From contig JADZDP010000177.1 of the NCBI GenBank assembly GCA_020850995.1, forward strand, positions 4,712-68,711: a stretch of DNA of 64,000 bases, read 5' to 3'. The position numbers and the translations under genes were made by a program. Numbering within the stretch: the first letter of the stretch is position 1; the number at the start of each line of letters is the position of its first letter. The notes under the pieces were generated by a model. The model saw nothing but the letters and a program-made list of their open reading frames with translations, was not told where the DNA came from and ran no database searches. Positions 28,761 through 37,737 of the stretch are shown in pieces. The DNA comes from Deltaproteobacteria bacterium (lineage in GTDB: Bacteria; Myxococcota; UBA727; VGSZ01).

Positions 28761-30872
28761 TCAGCGGGTGGCGGGCTCGACGGCGCGCCGCTCGCGCAAG
28801 ATCTGCAGCCATTGGCGCGCCGAGGCCAGCAGGATCACGACCACGCACGCGATCAGCACCGCGGTGACGCTGCTCTGCACGATGCCGTTGCGCGCTTGCG
28901 CAGGGTCGGCGGCGCGCGCCAGGGGGAGGTAGATCTGCTGGAGCGCGAGCACGCCCGCGGTCAGGGTGGTGCCGCCCACGAAGAGCAGCGGCAGCAAGGT
29001 CACCAGCGCGTAGCGTCGTCGACGAGCCTGGCGCAGGATGATGGTGGTGCCCACCACCAAGGCCACCGCGGCCAAGAGCTGGTTGGCGATACCGAACATG
29101 GGCCAGATGGTGGCGATGGAGCCGGTCAGGATGAAGTAGGAGAAGCCGATCACGATGAGGGCGCTGGTGATGAGGGCGCCGGGCAGCCACGCGGTGTCGC
29201 CCATGCGCGGCCACACGCGGCTGAGCGCCTCCTGCAAGAGGAAGCGCCCCACGCGGGTGCCGGTGTCGATGGTGGTGAGGATGAACAGCGCCTCGAACAT
29301 GATCGCGAAGTGGTACCAGTAGGCGAGCAGGCCCTTCATGCCGGGCAGCCCGGCGAACACGCGGGCCATGCCCACGGCCAGCGACACGGCGCCGCCGGTG
29401 CGCGCGGCCACCACCTCGTCAGAGGCGGCCGAGAGCGTGGGCAGGTCGTCCACCTTGATGCCCAAGCGCGCGAAGTCGGCGGCGGGCAGCTCGTCGGCGT
29501 GCGGCGCGCGCGGGTCCACGTGGTAGCCGGCGGCGGCCAGCGCCGCGTTCGAGAGGCGCAGCACCTGCGAGAGCTTGAGCTCACGCCCGGCCAGCGCGTC
29601 GAGGCGCGCGCCCTCGCCGAGGCCGAGGGCCGCGCGGTCGCGCGGGGTGAGCGCAAGGTCGACGGCGGCCAGCGCGCCAGCGTCGTTCACGAAGCCCACG
29701 GGACCGGCGTCAGGCACACGCTCGACGGCGACGACGGCGACCTTCGGGTCGGTGTTGATGGCGAAGTAGTCGGCGGGCGGCAGCGCCACGGCGGCCACCA
29801 GCGCGGTGATGCCCACCAGGCCCTCCATCAGCATGGCGCCGTAGCCGATCATGCGGCAGTCGGGCTCGCGATCGATCATCTTCGGCGTGGTGCCGCTCGC
29901 CACCAGCGCGTGAAAGCCCGAGATGGCGCCGCACGCGATGGTGATGAACACGAAGGGGAAGAGCGCGCCCTTGACCACGGGCAAGAACAGATCGGCGCCC
30001 ACGCGCACGCCGCTGGCGCTGACCTCGTTCAAGAGCGGCATCTCGATGGCGGGGTTGACCACGATGAGCCCCACCACCAGGAGCGCGATGGTGCCGATCT
30101 TGAGGTAGCTCGACAGGTAGTCGCGCGGACACAAGAGCAGCCACACCGGCAGCACGCTGGCGACGAAGCCGTACCCGGCGATGGCGACGGTGATCTGCGT
30201 GTCGCTCAGGCGCAGGTACGCGCCGAAGCCGCTCTCGGCCACGTCGCGGCCGAACACCACCGCCAGCAGCAACACCACCACGCCGACCGCGCTGGCCTCG
30301 CGGATGCCGCGCGGCGAGCCGCCGCGCACGCGATAGATGTGCAGGCCCATCAGGAGGGCCAGCGGGATCGAGACGCCGATGGTGAATACACCCCAGCCGC
30401 TCTCGGCCAGCGCGCCCACCACCACCTTGCCCAAGCCCGCCAGCGCGATGACGATGATGAACAGGATGGCGACGCTGGTGATGAGCCCCACCACGGGGCC
30501 GAGCTCGGCGCGCGCGATCTCGGCCAGCGACTTGCCGTCTCGCCGCACGCTGGCCGCCATGATGACGAAGTCGTGCACGGCGCCGCCGAGCACCACGCCC
30601 ACCAGGATCCACAGGTAGCCGGGCAAGAAGCCGAACTGCGCGGCCAACACCGGGCCGATCAAGGGCCCCGCGCCGGTGATGGCGGCGAAGTGGTGGCCGA
30701 ACAGCACCCACTTGTTGGTGGGGTGGTAGTTGCTGCCGTCGGCGAGCGCGTGCGCGGGCGTGCGGCGCTCGGCGTCGAGCACCAGCACCTTCGTCGCCAG
30801 GAAGGCCGAGTAGTAGCGGTAGCCGATGGCCAGCACGCAGAGCGCGGCCACCATGAACGTGACGGCGTGCAT
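28761..30872 (-). CDS. cstA: Carbon starvation protein A (CstA family peptide/pyruvate transporter)
   Basis: 703 aa, polytopic; CstA signature region FGHHFAAITGAGPLIGPVLAAQFGFLPG. Confidence 0.85.
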   Translation of the reverse strand: MHAVTFMVAALCVLAIGYRYYSAFLATKVLVLDAERRTPAHALADGSNYHPTNKWVLFGHHFAAITGAGPLIGPVLAAQFGFLPGYLWILVGVVLGGAVHDFVIMAASVRRDGKSLAEIARAELGPVVGLITSVAILFIIVIALAGLGKVVVGALAESGWGVFTIGVSIPLALLMGLHIYRVRGGSPRGIREASAVGVVVLLLAVVFGRDVAESGFGAYLRLSDTQITVAIAGYGFVASVLPVWLLLCPRDYLSSYLKIGTIALLVVGLIVVNPAIEMPLLNEVSASGVRVGADLFLPVVKGALFPFVFITIACGAISGFHALVASGTTPKMIDREPDCRMIGYGAMLMEGLVGITALVAAVALPPADYFAINTDPKVAVVAVERVPDAGPVGFVNDAGALAAVDLALTPRDRAALGLGEGARLDALAGRELKLSQVLRLSNAALAAAGYHVDPRAPHADELPAADFARLGIKVDDLPTLSAASDEVVAARTGGAVSLAVGMARVFAGLPGMKGLLAYWYHFAIMFEALFILTTIDTGTRVGRFLLQEALSRVWPRMGDTAWLPGALITSALIVIGFSYFILTGSIATIWPMFGIANQLLAAVALVVGTTIILRQARRRRYALVTLLPLLFVGGTTLTAGVLALQQIYLPLARAADPAQARNGIVQSSVTAVLIACVVVILLASARQWLQILRERRAVEPATR

Positions 30873-30951
30873 GGGGAGGGTGCTACACCAGCGCGCGCCG
30901 AAGGGTCACGGGGGACGATGACAGCGGCGCGGCATCTGCTACACCCAGCAC

Positions 30952-31623
30952 ATGGACTTGCTTCGCCAAGCGCTCGACGTGTTCTTCCACGTCGACAAGC
31001 ACCTGGTGGGCCTGGTGGCCGACTACGGCACCTGGGTCTACGCCATCCTGTTCCTGGTCATCTTCTGCGAGACCGGCCTGGTGGTGACGCCCTTCCTCCC
31101 CGGCGACTCGCTCTTGTTCGCGGCGGGCGCCCTGTGCACCCTGGGTGGCGTCGAGCAGGGCGGCCTGGACATCACGGTGCTGGTGCCGCTCTTGATCACC
31201 GCCGCGGTGGTGGGCGACCAGACCAACTACTGGATCGGCCACGTGGTGGGCCCGGGCTTCCTCGAGAAGGAGCGCATCCGCTTCATCAAGAGGGCGCACC
31301 TCGAGAAGACCCAGCGCTTCTACGAGCGCTACGGCGGCAAGACCGTCATCCTCGCGCGCTTCGTGCCCATCGTGCGCACCTTCGCGCCCTTCGTGGCCGG
31401 CGTGGGCAGCATGCGCTACCGGCGCTTCGTGTCGTTCAGCGTCGTCGGCGGCATCGCCTGGGTGGGGATCTGCTCGTTGGCCGGCTACCTGTTCGGCGAG
31501 CTGCCCTTCGTGAAGCAGAACTTCGAGATCGTGGTGCTCGGCATCATCTTCGTCTCGGTGCTGCCCATCGCCTTCGAGATGGGGCGCGGCTGGCTCGAGA
31601 GCAGGAAGGCGCCGGTGGTGTGA
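30952..31623 (+). CDS. DedA-family membrane protein
   Basis: ETGLVVTPFLPGDSLLFAAGAL and ...KTVILARFVPIVRTFAPFVAGV are typical of the DedA/SNARE-associated family. Confidence 0.8.
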   Translation: MDLLRQALDVFFHVDKHLVGLVADYGTWVYAILFLVIFCETGLVVTPFLPGDSLLFAAGALCTLGGVEQGGLDITVLVPLLITAAVVGDQTNYWIGHVVGPGFLEKERIRFIKRAHLEKTQRFYERYGGKTVILARFVPIVRTFAPFVAGVGSMRYRRFVSFSVVGGIAWVGICSLAGYLFGELPFVKQNFEIVVLGIIFVSVLPIAFEMGRGWLESRKAPVV

Positions 31624-31641
31624 GCGCCTGACGAGCTCAGA

Positions 31642-31956
31642 TCAGGCGAGCTCGCCCCGGCGCGCCTTGTCGATCCACTTGGTGATCTGCTCCTCGATCA
31701 CCTCGAGGGCCTTGTTCTTGAAGGGCCGCAGCAGGAGCGGCACCTCCATGTCCATGTCGACGGCGCTGTCGCGGATCTCGAAGCTGCCCTTCATGGAGAG
31801 ACCCTTGACCCGGAAGGTGACCTCGGCGAGCTGCTCGTTGATCCACGCGATCTGCGGGTCGTACTCGGCGAAGCGCTCGGAGTAGGACTTGAGCGCCGCG
31901 TCGGCGGCCTTCTTGGCGAGTGGGATCGGGAGGTCGTGCGGGACCGAGTGCTTCAT
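31642..31956 (-). CDS. Putative polyhydroxyalkanoic-acid system protein (PHA_gran_rgn family, ~104 aa)
   Basis: MKHSVPHDLPIPLAKKAADAALKSYSERFAEYDPQIAWINEQLAEVTFRVKGLSMKGSFEIRDSAVDMDMEVPLLLRPFKNKALEVIEEQITKWI; start trimmed to M84 of the table ORF. Confidence 0.55.
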   Translation of the reverse strand: MKHSVPHDLPIPLAKKAADAALKSYSERFAEYDPQIAWINEQLAEVTFRVKGLSMKGSFEIRDSAVDMDMEVPLLLRPFKNKALEVIEEQITKWIDKARRGELA

Positions 31957-32000
31957 GGCAGTGCAGCGTAGCACTGCCGCCGGGGCAGACGTCGAGCGCG

Positions 32001-32867
32001 TCAGCTCGAGCAGTTGTTGGCCGCTGGGCTGCAAATGCCGACGTCGACCGGGAGCTGGAAGCTGCCGCCGGCGAAGCCACAACAGAGCTCGTCGCTGCCG
32101 CAGTCGTCGGTGCTCACGCACACCACCGCGTCGGTCTGACCGGCCTGCACGCAGCTGCCGGCGCTGACGCAGCTCGTCGCGTTGGTGGCGCCGTCGAGGC
32201 AGCACTCTTCGCTGAGCTCGCAGTCCTCGGCGCCGTCACAGACCACCGGCACGGCGAGGAGCGCGCCCGTGCAGCTGCCGCTGGACGCGATGCAGTTGCC
32301 GACGATGGCGAAGCTGACGTCGACGGTGACGCAGCAGACCGCGTTGGGGTCGCTGCAGGTGGTGGCGTCGCAGACCACGCCCGCCTCAGCGGAGCCCTCG
32401 TACTCTTGCCCCTGCACGAGCTCGCACGCGAGGCCGCTGCACACCTCGTTGCTCTCGCAGGGCACGATCACGGGGTCGCCGGCGGCGTTGCAGGTGCGCT
32501 CCGCCGACACGCTCTCGCAACCCGGCACGCACTCGCCCTCGCCCTCGCCCTCGCCGGGGTCGCCCTCGCCCTCGCCCTCGCCGGGGTCGCCCTCGCCCTC
32601 ACCCTCACCCTCACCTTCGCCCGCGGGCTCGCAGTCGCCGTCGTCGCACTCCTCGTCGTCGTCGCAGTCGCGGTCGCGCTCGCACTCCACGCACTCGCCG
32701 TCGACGCACAGGTTGTCGCCGAAGCAGTCGCTGGCTTGCGTGCAGTCGCCGGGCGCCAGGAAGAGGCCGCACGAGAGCGCCAAGGGTGCGAGCGCGAGCA
32801 GGAGCGTGAGCACGCCCACGCGGGCAGGCACGGGTGAGCGGACGGGGACGGGGTGCATCTTGGTCAT
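32001..32867 (-). CDS. Secreted Cys-rich lipoprotein with (GE)n linker (paralog of 54220..54915)
   Basis: Lipobox LALSC; GEGEGEGEGDPGEGEGEGDPGEGEGEGE; about 40 Cys in conserved spacing (ECVPGCE...ERTC...CDGAEDCE..EECC.DG...CGFAGG.F.LPVD.G.C.PAANNCS). Confidence 0.65.
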   Translation of the reverse strand: MTKMHPVPVRSPVPARVGVLTLLLALAPLALSCGLFLAPGDCTQASDCFGDNLCVDGECVECERDRDCDDDEECDDGDCEPAGEGEGEGEGEGDPGEGEGEGDPGEGEGEGECVPGCESVSAERTCNAAGDPVIVPCESNEVCSGLACELVQGQEYEGSAEAGVVCDATTCSDPNAVCCVTVDVSFAIVGNCIASSGSCTGALLAVPVVCDGAEDCELSEECCLDGATNATSCVSAGSCVQAGQTDAVVCVSTDDCGSDELCCGFAGGSFQLPVDVGICSPAANNCSS

Positions 32868-32897
32868 GGGACACCCTCGGAGGGACGGGGCGGAGTG

Positions 32898-32987
32898 GCG
32901 GAGAGAGAGGGATTCGAACCCTCGAGACGGTTTCCCGCCTACGCGATTTCCAGTCGCGTGCCTTCAGCCACTCGGCCATCTCTCCAC
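32898..32987 (-). tRNA. tRNA-Ser (anticodon GGA)
   Basis: Reverse complement reads GGAGAGATGGCCGAGTGGCTGAAGGCACGCGACTGGAAATCGCG...long variable arm...GGGTTCGAATCCCTCTCTCTCCGCCA, a class II cloverleaf. Coordinates approximate to 1 nt. Confidence 0.85.
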
Positions 32988-33102
32988 AGGCACCGCCGGG
33001 ACGCCGCTCATCTAGCGGATCTTTTTCCGCGCGTCGACGCCCACGGTTGAGGGCCCTGCGCCAGCGTTGACGACACCCGTGGTGCTGGCTACCTTGGTCA
33101 GC

Positions 33103-33192
33103 GGACAGCTGGCCGAGTGGCTGAAGGCACCTGACTCGAAATCAGGAGTACCCGCAAGGGTATCGGGGGTTCGAATCCCTCGCTGTCCGCCA
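33103..33192 (+). tRNA. tRNA-Ser (anticodon CGA)
   Basis: GGACAGCTGGCCGAGTGGCTGAAGGCACCTGACTCGAAATCAGG...GGGGGTTCGAATCCCTCGCTGTCCGCCA, divergent from the other tRNA-Ser. Coordinates approximate to 1 nt. Confidence 0.85.
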
Positions 33193-33263
33193 TCTTTCTC
33201 GACGACAAACCGCTTCGCAGCACACAAGGGCACACCCCTTGCTGCGCAGTGGTTTTCGCGCCC

Positions 33264-33338
33264 TCTGACTGGGTATCTGACAGGGAGCGGCTCGTGACGA
33301 TGACGTCTTGCCGCCGAGACAGGGTGTTTGACAGGGAA
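33264..33338. repeat. Direct-repeat motif copies (TCTGACTGGG, TCTGACAGGGAG, TTTGACAGGGAA) upstream of the NTase operon
   Basis: 33271-33286 gggtatctgacaggga; 33322-33338 gggtgtttgacagggaa. The same two motifs recur fused at 37712-37737. Confidence 0.5.
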
Positions 33339-33393
33339 AGGCCGCGAGATCGAGACTCTAGTTTTCTCGCTTCGGGAATGTTATGATCTAGAT

Positions 33394-33855
33394 ATGACGC
33401 TCGACAACGCAACCCTTCGCGACGCGTTGACCGCCCTCGGTGAGCTCCTCGTCGACCGCGGTGAGACCTACGACATCGTCGTCATCGGAGGCGGTGCATT
33501 GTTGCTCGGCGGCCACATCGAGCGGCCGACGAAGGATCTCGACGTCCTCGCGCGCATCGAGGGTGATCGCTGGCTCAGCGCGCAGCCGCTGCCCGATGCG
33601 CTGCGCGCCGCCGTCGCCGATGTCGGCGACGCGTTCGGGCTCGCGCGTGACTGGCTCAACTGCGGGCCGACGTCCCTGCTCGCGGGCGGGCTCCCCGACG
33701 GCTTCCCGGAACGGTTGAGCATCGAGCGTTTCGACGCGCTGACGCTCCTCACATCGGCGCGGTGGTGCCGCACGCACGATGCCTCCGAGGGCTTTCGCGG
33801 GCGGCAGCTTCTGCCGGTGCTGCAAGAGCTCGGTGTCGAGGTCGCCGATGTCTAG
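33394..33855 (+). CDS. Nucleotidyltransferase-fold (pol-beta superfamily) small protein
   Basis: hG[GS]-x13-DhD pattern (VVIGGGALLLGGHIERPTKDLDVLARI). Start taken as ATG 33394; the TTG start of the table ORF (33328) lies inside the repeat motif. Translationally coupled to the next gene. Confidence 0.5.
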   Translation: MTLDNATLRDALTALGELLVDRGETYDIVVIGGGALLLGGHIERPTKDLDVLARIEGDRWLSAQPLPDALRAAVADVGDAFGLARDWLNCGPTSLLAGGLPDGFPERLSIERFDALTLLTSARWCRTHDASEGFRGRQLLPVLQELGVEVADV

Positions 33856-34786
33856 CGCCGTCCAGAAGCAGGCCGCGGATCTCGCTTGGAGCCTCTGGAC
33901 GGAGCTCGGCATCGCCGGCGTCGTGCGGGAGCATGCCCACGTGGCAATCGATCCCGAGCCGCTCTTCGTCGCCACGCCGCTCCTTGCAGCGCACGACGCG
34001 CGCCTGCTCGAACAGGTGTCACGTTGGAGCGTGCTCTTCGGCGACTGGCTCGCGATGAGCCGAGTGCAGGCGCTGTGCAAGGCGGCGGAACCCACCGTGC
34101 ATGACGCGTTCGTGTCCTTCGCCGCGTCGATCCCCGGTGGGGGGCGGTGGACGTGTGAGGCCACGAAGATGTCGAAGCAGAAGAACCCGCCGCAGCTGAC
34201 GTCGATGGAGCTGCCGCTCTTGCGACCGGCGCTGGTCCGGCTGCGCCTGCGCGCGATATGCGGCGTCGGTGCACGCGCCGACGTCGTCGCAGAGCTCATC
34301 GGGCACGCGCGCGTATGGTTGCGTGCGTCCGACTTCGAGCATCTCGGCTACACGAAGAGAAACGTCGCTCGCTTGCTGTCCGAGCTCTGCGACGCCGGGT
34401 TTCTGCGGTCGCTGAAGGAGAAGAACGCGATCGCCTATCGCCTCGCCGACGGCGGGCGGTGGTCTGACCTCGTCGGCGCCACGGCCGTCACGTGGCCGGC
34501 ATGGCCCGCAATCTTCGACTTCGCCCGGTTGGCGCTGCGGCTCGATGGGGAACGTGCGAAGAGCGAAGGCGTGCGCCGGGTCGCGGCGGCCCAGACAGCG
34601 CACGCGCTCGAGCCGCTTTGCGATCGCTTGGACCTCGCGCAACCGCCGACCGCGACGGCGAATCCCCAGGCGTGGGCCGCAACGACCGCGTTCGTGGAGC
34701 GCGAGGTGGCAGCCTTCGCGGGCGCGACGTCGCCGTCGATGTCGCGTGCCGGCGGAGCTCGCGGCCGCGTCAGTGCCGCGCGTTGA
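33848..34786 (+). CDS. Hypothetical protein with predicted winged-helix segment, partner of the NTase-fold gene
   Basis: ATG 33848 overlaps the NTase stop. TKRNVARLLSELCDAGFLRSLKEKNAIAYRLAD resembles a wHTH. One Rx5H (RASDFEH) occurrence is noted but not diagnostic. Confidence 0.45.
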   Translation: MSSAVQKQAADLAWSLWTELGIAGVVREHAHVAIDPEPLFVATPLLAAHDARLLEQVSRWSVLFGDWLAMSRVQALCKAAEPTVHDAFVSFAASIPGGGRWTCEATKMSKQKNPPQLTSMELPLLRPALVRLRLRAICGVGARADVVAELIGHARVWLRASDFEHLGYTKRNVARLLSELCDAGFLRSLKEKNAIAYRLADGGRWSDLVGATAVTWPAWPAIFDFARLALRLDGERAKSEGVRRVAAAQTAHALEPLCDRLDLAQPPTATANPQAWAATTAFVEREVAAFAGATSPSMSRAGGARGRVSAAR

Positions 34787-34831
34787 TCGCGTCGCGCCGC
34801 GTCGCCGTGTCGACGAAACGGCGCTCACTCG

Positions 34832-35935
34832 TCAGCGTCCACATACCGGGCACGCAAGCCGCCCTTGCGCCGATGGCGCGCATCGTTCGCAAAGCAGGTG
34901 GATCTTGTCGTCGCATACCGCGGGGCGAGCGGCAGGGAGCAGGCAGCCGTCGCACGCAGGCACGTCGAGCGTGCGCGCGGCCGAGGGGAGGTGCAGGCTC
35001 AGCACGCGCTCCTCCTTCCGTCGACGCACGCGCACGTCGACGACGATCGTGGGCACTTCGACGACGGCGGCGAAGACGATCGTCGCGCGCGCACGCAACG
35101 TGTAGCGGGCGCGCAACTCCGCCAACTTCGCCGCGCGCTCATTCTCGAGATGTTCGACGCGGGCTTTGACCGCCGCCGGATCACGTTGCTTGCGACCGGT
35201 ACGCGTTTCGTAGATGAGCTCGTGAAAGTACGCATCGACGCGCTCGTGGTCGCGCCGGTGCCGGCGGGCGACGTTGTCCTGATGTGCGCCGGCGAGCGCG
35301 GCCAGCCGGGCGCGCAGCCGGGGCGGGAGGACCTCCGCGCGCACCGCAGGGAGGGCGCGGTGCGCTCCACGAAGCGCGCTCGTGGTGTCGAGCGCGAGCG
35401 CCGCGACCAGGGCCGAGTCCGGCGCGGCGCCGTCCGATGCGCACAACGCCAGCACCTCGAACGCCTCGTCGCGGTCGTCCGCCTCGACGACGAGGCGCGT
35501 GCCGACGAACGCGTACGCCTCGTTGCGAGCGCGTACCGCGCCGACGTCGACAACCGCGTTGCGCAGCGCGAAGCGGGCCGCGAGCGCCTCGGCCTGGCTC
35601 GCGCGCGGTGCCGCCAGCTCTGCGTCGGCGACGACGTACCCACGCAGCGACGAGCGCTCATCGACCAACCGATCGAGGAGCCCGGTCCCGAGCCCGCACG
35701 CAACGGCCCCTGTCCGTGCGGCTGACGCGACCTGCACCTCCTCCTGGAGCGCGAGCCGGGTGGCCAACGCCGACGGGAGGATCGCGAGGGCCTCCTCCTC
35801 GCCGTCGGCTGCGTTGGCGACCTCGACGAGCGCGCCGTCGCGCGCGAGGGCGTCCGCGCAGAAGCGCACGGGGCTCGGCAGTGTCGCCGGCAGTGTCGCC
35901 GGCAGTGTCGTCGGCAGCGCGGGCAGCGAGGTCAT
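34832..35935 (-). CDS. Hypothetical protein with C-terminal Cys-rich Zn-ribbon-like tail, co-operonic with SNF2 helicase
   Basis: C-terminus VPACDGCLLPAARPAVCDDKIHLLCERCAPSAQGRLACPVCGR (8 Cys + 1 His). The 4-nt overlap (35932-35935) with the upstream helicase gene implies coupling. Confidence 0.5.
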   Translation of the reverse strand: MTSLPALPTTLPATLPATLPSPVRFCADALARDGALVEVANAADGEEEALAILPSALATRLALQEEVQVASAARTGAVACGLGTGLLDRLVDERSSLRGYVVADAELAAPRASQAEALAARFALRNAVVDVGAVRARNEAYAFVGTRLVVEADDRDEAFEVLALCASDGAAPDSALVAALALDTTSALRGAHRALPAVRAEVLPPRLRARLAALAGAHQDNVARRHRRDHERVDAYFHELIYETRTGRKQRDPAAVKARVEHLENERAAKLAELRARYTLRARATIVFAAVVEVPTIVVDVRVRRRKEERVLSLHLPSAARTLDVPACDGCLLPAARPAVCDDKIHLLCERCAPSAQGRLACPVCGR

Positions 35936-37626
35936 GCGGCGAAGTCCTCGCCGAACACCGCGTCGTCGAGCTTCTTGGAGTTCTCGTACGTTCCGCGCGC
36001 CGCGCCGATCTCCGCCGCGAGCGCGTCGAAGCCACGGTCGATCTCCGCCTCGTCCTTGCTGGCGGCGTAGAGCGCGAGCACGCGCTCCTCGAGGTCGCGG
36101 TCATCGGCGAGGTTGCCGAGCACCATGTCCATCTCGCCGACGACGAGCTCGAACAGATGGAGCCGCCGATCGAGCACGTCGAGCAGCTTCTCCTCCGCCG
36201 ACCCCTTCATCGCGAGGTTGTAGACGTGCACGTCGCGCGTCTGGCCCATGCGGTGGACGCGGCCGATGCGCTGCTCGAGCAGCATCGGGTTCCACGGCAC
36301 GTCGAAGCTGACGACGACGTTGCAGTGCTGCAGGTTGGTCCCCTCGGCGCCGACGTCGGTGGACACGAGGGCGCAGCGCTCCTCGCGGAACCGCTCGACG
36401 GCGAGCGCCTTCTCGTCGGCCGACTGCGCGCCAGAGACCACGACGTGCCGCACGCCAGCGTCGTTGAACGCGCGCTCGATCGCCGCCAGCGTCGCGCGGA
36501 AGCGCGTGAACACCAGCGCGTGCCCGCCGTGCGCCCGCACCAATGCGACCAGCTGCTCGAGCTTCTTCGTCTGCGTCGCGGCCCGTGCCGCCTCGCGGGC
36601 AGCGGCGAAGGCGGGACCGTCGAGCGCGGTCGCGCGGTCAAGCGTGGCGCGCACGGCGTCAGGGCTCGAGCCCGCCTCGAGGAGCAGCGTGGTGCCGAGG
36701 AGCGTTCGCCGCGCGGCCTGCGCGTCGGCGCGCACGAGATCGACGACCCGATCGTAGAGCGCGCGCTCCGCGGCCAGCGGCTCGACGACGGCGGTGGTCA
36801 CGAAGCGCGGCGGCAGCTTCAAGCCGCACGCCGCGCGCGTGTTGCGCACCATGACGTCCCCAAGCAACTGTCGCAGCCGCTCGCGGTTCTTCGGCGAAGT
36901 CGGATCGGACTTGTCGACGAACTGCGCCTTGAACGCCGACGCCGTCGTGAGCTGGCCCGGCCGCAGCAACGTGACGAGCGCGTACAGCTCCTCGAGGCTC
37001 GTCTCGATCGGCGTGGCGGTGAGCAGCAGCAGGAAGCGGCTCTTCAGGCCGTCGACGAGCTTGTAGCCGAGGGTAGACTGCTTCTTGATGTGGTGGGCCT
37101 CGTCGACGACGACGAGATCCCACGAAGCGCTCTGGAGCAGTGGCGCGACTTTGGCGCCGCGCGCCTTGGCGAGCGACGCGAGCACGACACCGTCCCTCGC
37201 GAGGAACGCCGCCGGGTCTTGTTCGAAGGCGTGGTCATCGAGCGTCGCGGCCTGCACTCCGGCCTTCGCGAGGAGCTCGCCCCGCCACTGCGGAACGAGC
37301 GCCGGCGGTGCGATCACGAGGGTGCGGCGCGCCATGCCGCGCAGTTGGTACTCGCGCAGCACGAGGATCGCCTCGACGGTCTTGCCGAGCCCGACCTCGT
37401 CGGCGAGGAGCGCACGGCCGCGGAGCACGCGGAGCACGCGCCGGACGGTGTCGTGCTGGTAGGTGTGCGCGTCGACGCCGGCGAGCGACTGTGGCGAGAG
37501 CAGGTCGGTGAACGTCGCGGCCGACGCGAGGGTGTGCGCGCGCACCGCGAGCGAGAGGTCGACGAGCGTCATGGGCGCGCGCAGCAGCGCTGTGACGTCG
37601 CCCGTCGTCACGTCGGCGATCTCCAT
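35932..37626 (-). CDS. Compact SNF2-family (HepA/RapA-like) helicase/ATPase
   Basis: Motif I DEVGLGKT; motif II DLVVVDEAHHIK; motif III LLLTATP; C-terminal helicase motifs ...TDVGAEGTNLQ... and RIGRVHRMGQ; 564 aa. Confidence 0.8.
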   Translation of the reverse strand: MEIADVTTGDVTALLRAPMTLVDLSLAVRAHTLASAATFTDLLSPQSLAGVDAHTYQHDTVRRVLRVLRGRALLADEVGLGKTVEAILVLREYQLRGMARRTLVIAPPALVPQWRGELLAKAGVQAATLDDHAFEQDPAAFLARDGVVLASLAKARGAKVAPLLQSASWDLVVVDEAHHIKKQSTLGYKLVDGLKSRFLLLLTATPIETSLEELYALVTLLRPGQLTTASAFKAQFVDKSDPTSPKNRERLRQLLGDVMVRNTRAACGLKLPPRFVTTAVVEPLAAERALYDRVVDLVRADAQAARRTLLGTTLLLEAGSSPDAVRATLDRATALDGPAFAAAREAARAATQTKKLEQLVALVRAHGGHALVFTRFRATLAAIERAFNDAGVRHVVVSGAQSADEKALAVERFREERCALVSTDVGAEGTNLQHCNVVVSFDVPWNPMLLEQRIGRVHRMGQTRDVHVYNLAMKGSAEEKLLDVLDRRLHLFELVVGEMDMVLGNLADDRDLEERVLALYAASKDEAEIDRGFDALAAEIGAARGTYENSKKLDDAVFGEDFAA

Positions 37627-37711
37627 GGGCGGCGGCTCGACGCCAGCACCTCATCGCGAACGCGCGTCGCCATCGCCGCCGAGTAGCTGAAACGGCGGGC
37701 CGTTGCGATCC

Positions 37712-37737
37712 GGTTTGACAGGGAATCTGACAGGGTA
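37712..37737. repeat. Second copy of the TTTGACAGGGAA + TCTGACAGGG motif pair (same orientation), ~85 nt upstream of the helicase start
   Basis: ggtttgacagggaatctgacagggta; compare 33264-33338. Confidence 0.5.

Noticed and set aside
33328-33393. TTG start of the table ORF 33328..33855, extending the NTase-fold protein N-terminally
   Set aside because: The TTG lies inside the TTTGACAGGGAA repeat motif and the extra 22 aa have no features. The ATG at 33394 is preferred.
34832-35935. Calling the SNF2 partner a SWIM zinc-finger protein
   Set aside because: The C-terminal Cys pattern (CDGC...C..KIH..CERC...CPVCG) does not fit the SWIM CxCxnCxH consensus. It is described only as a Zn-ribbon-like tail.
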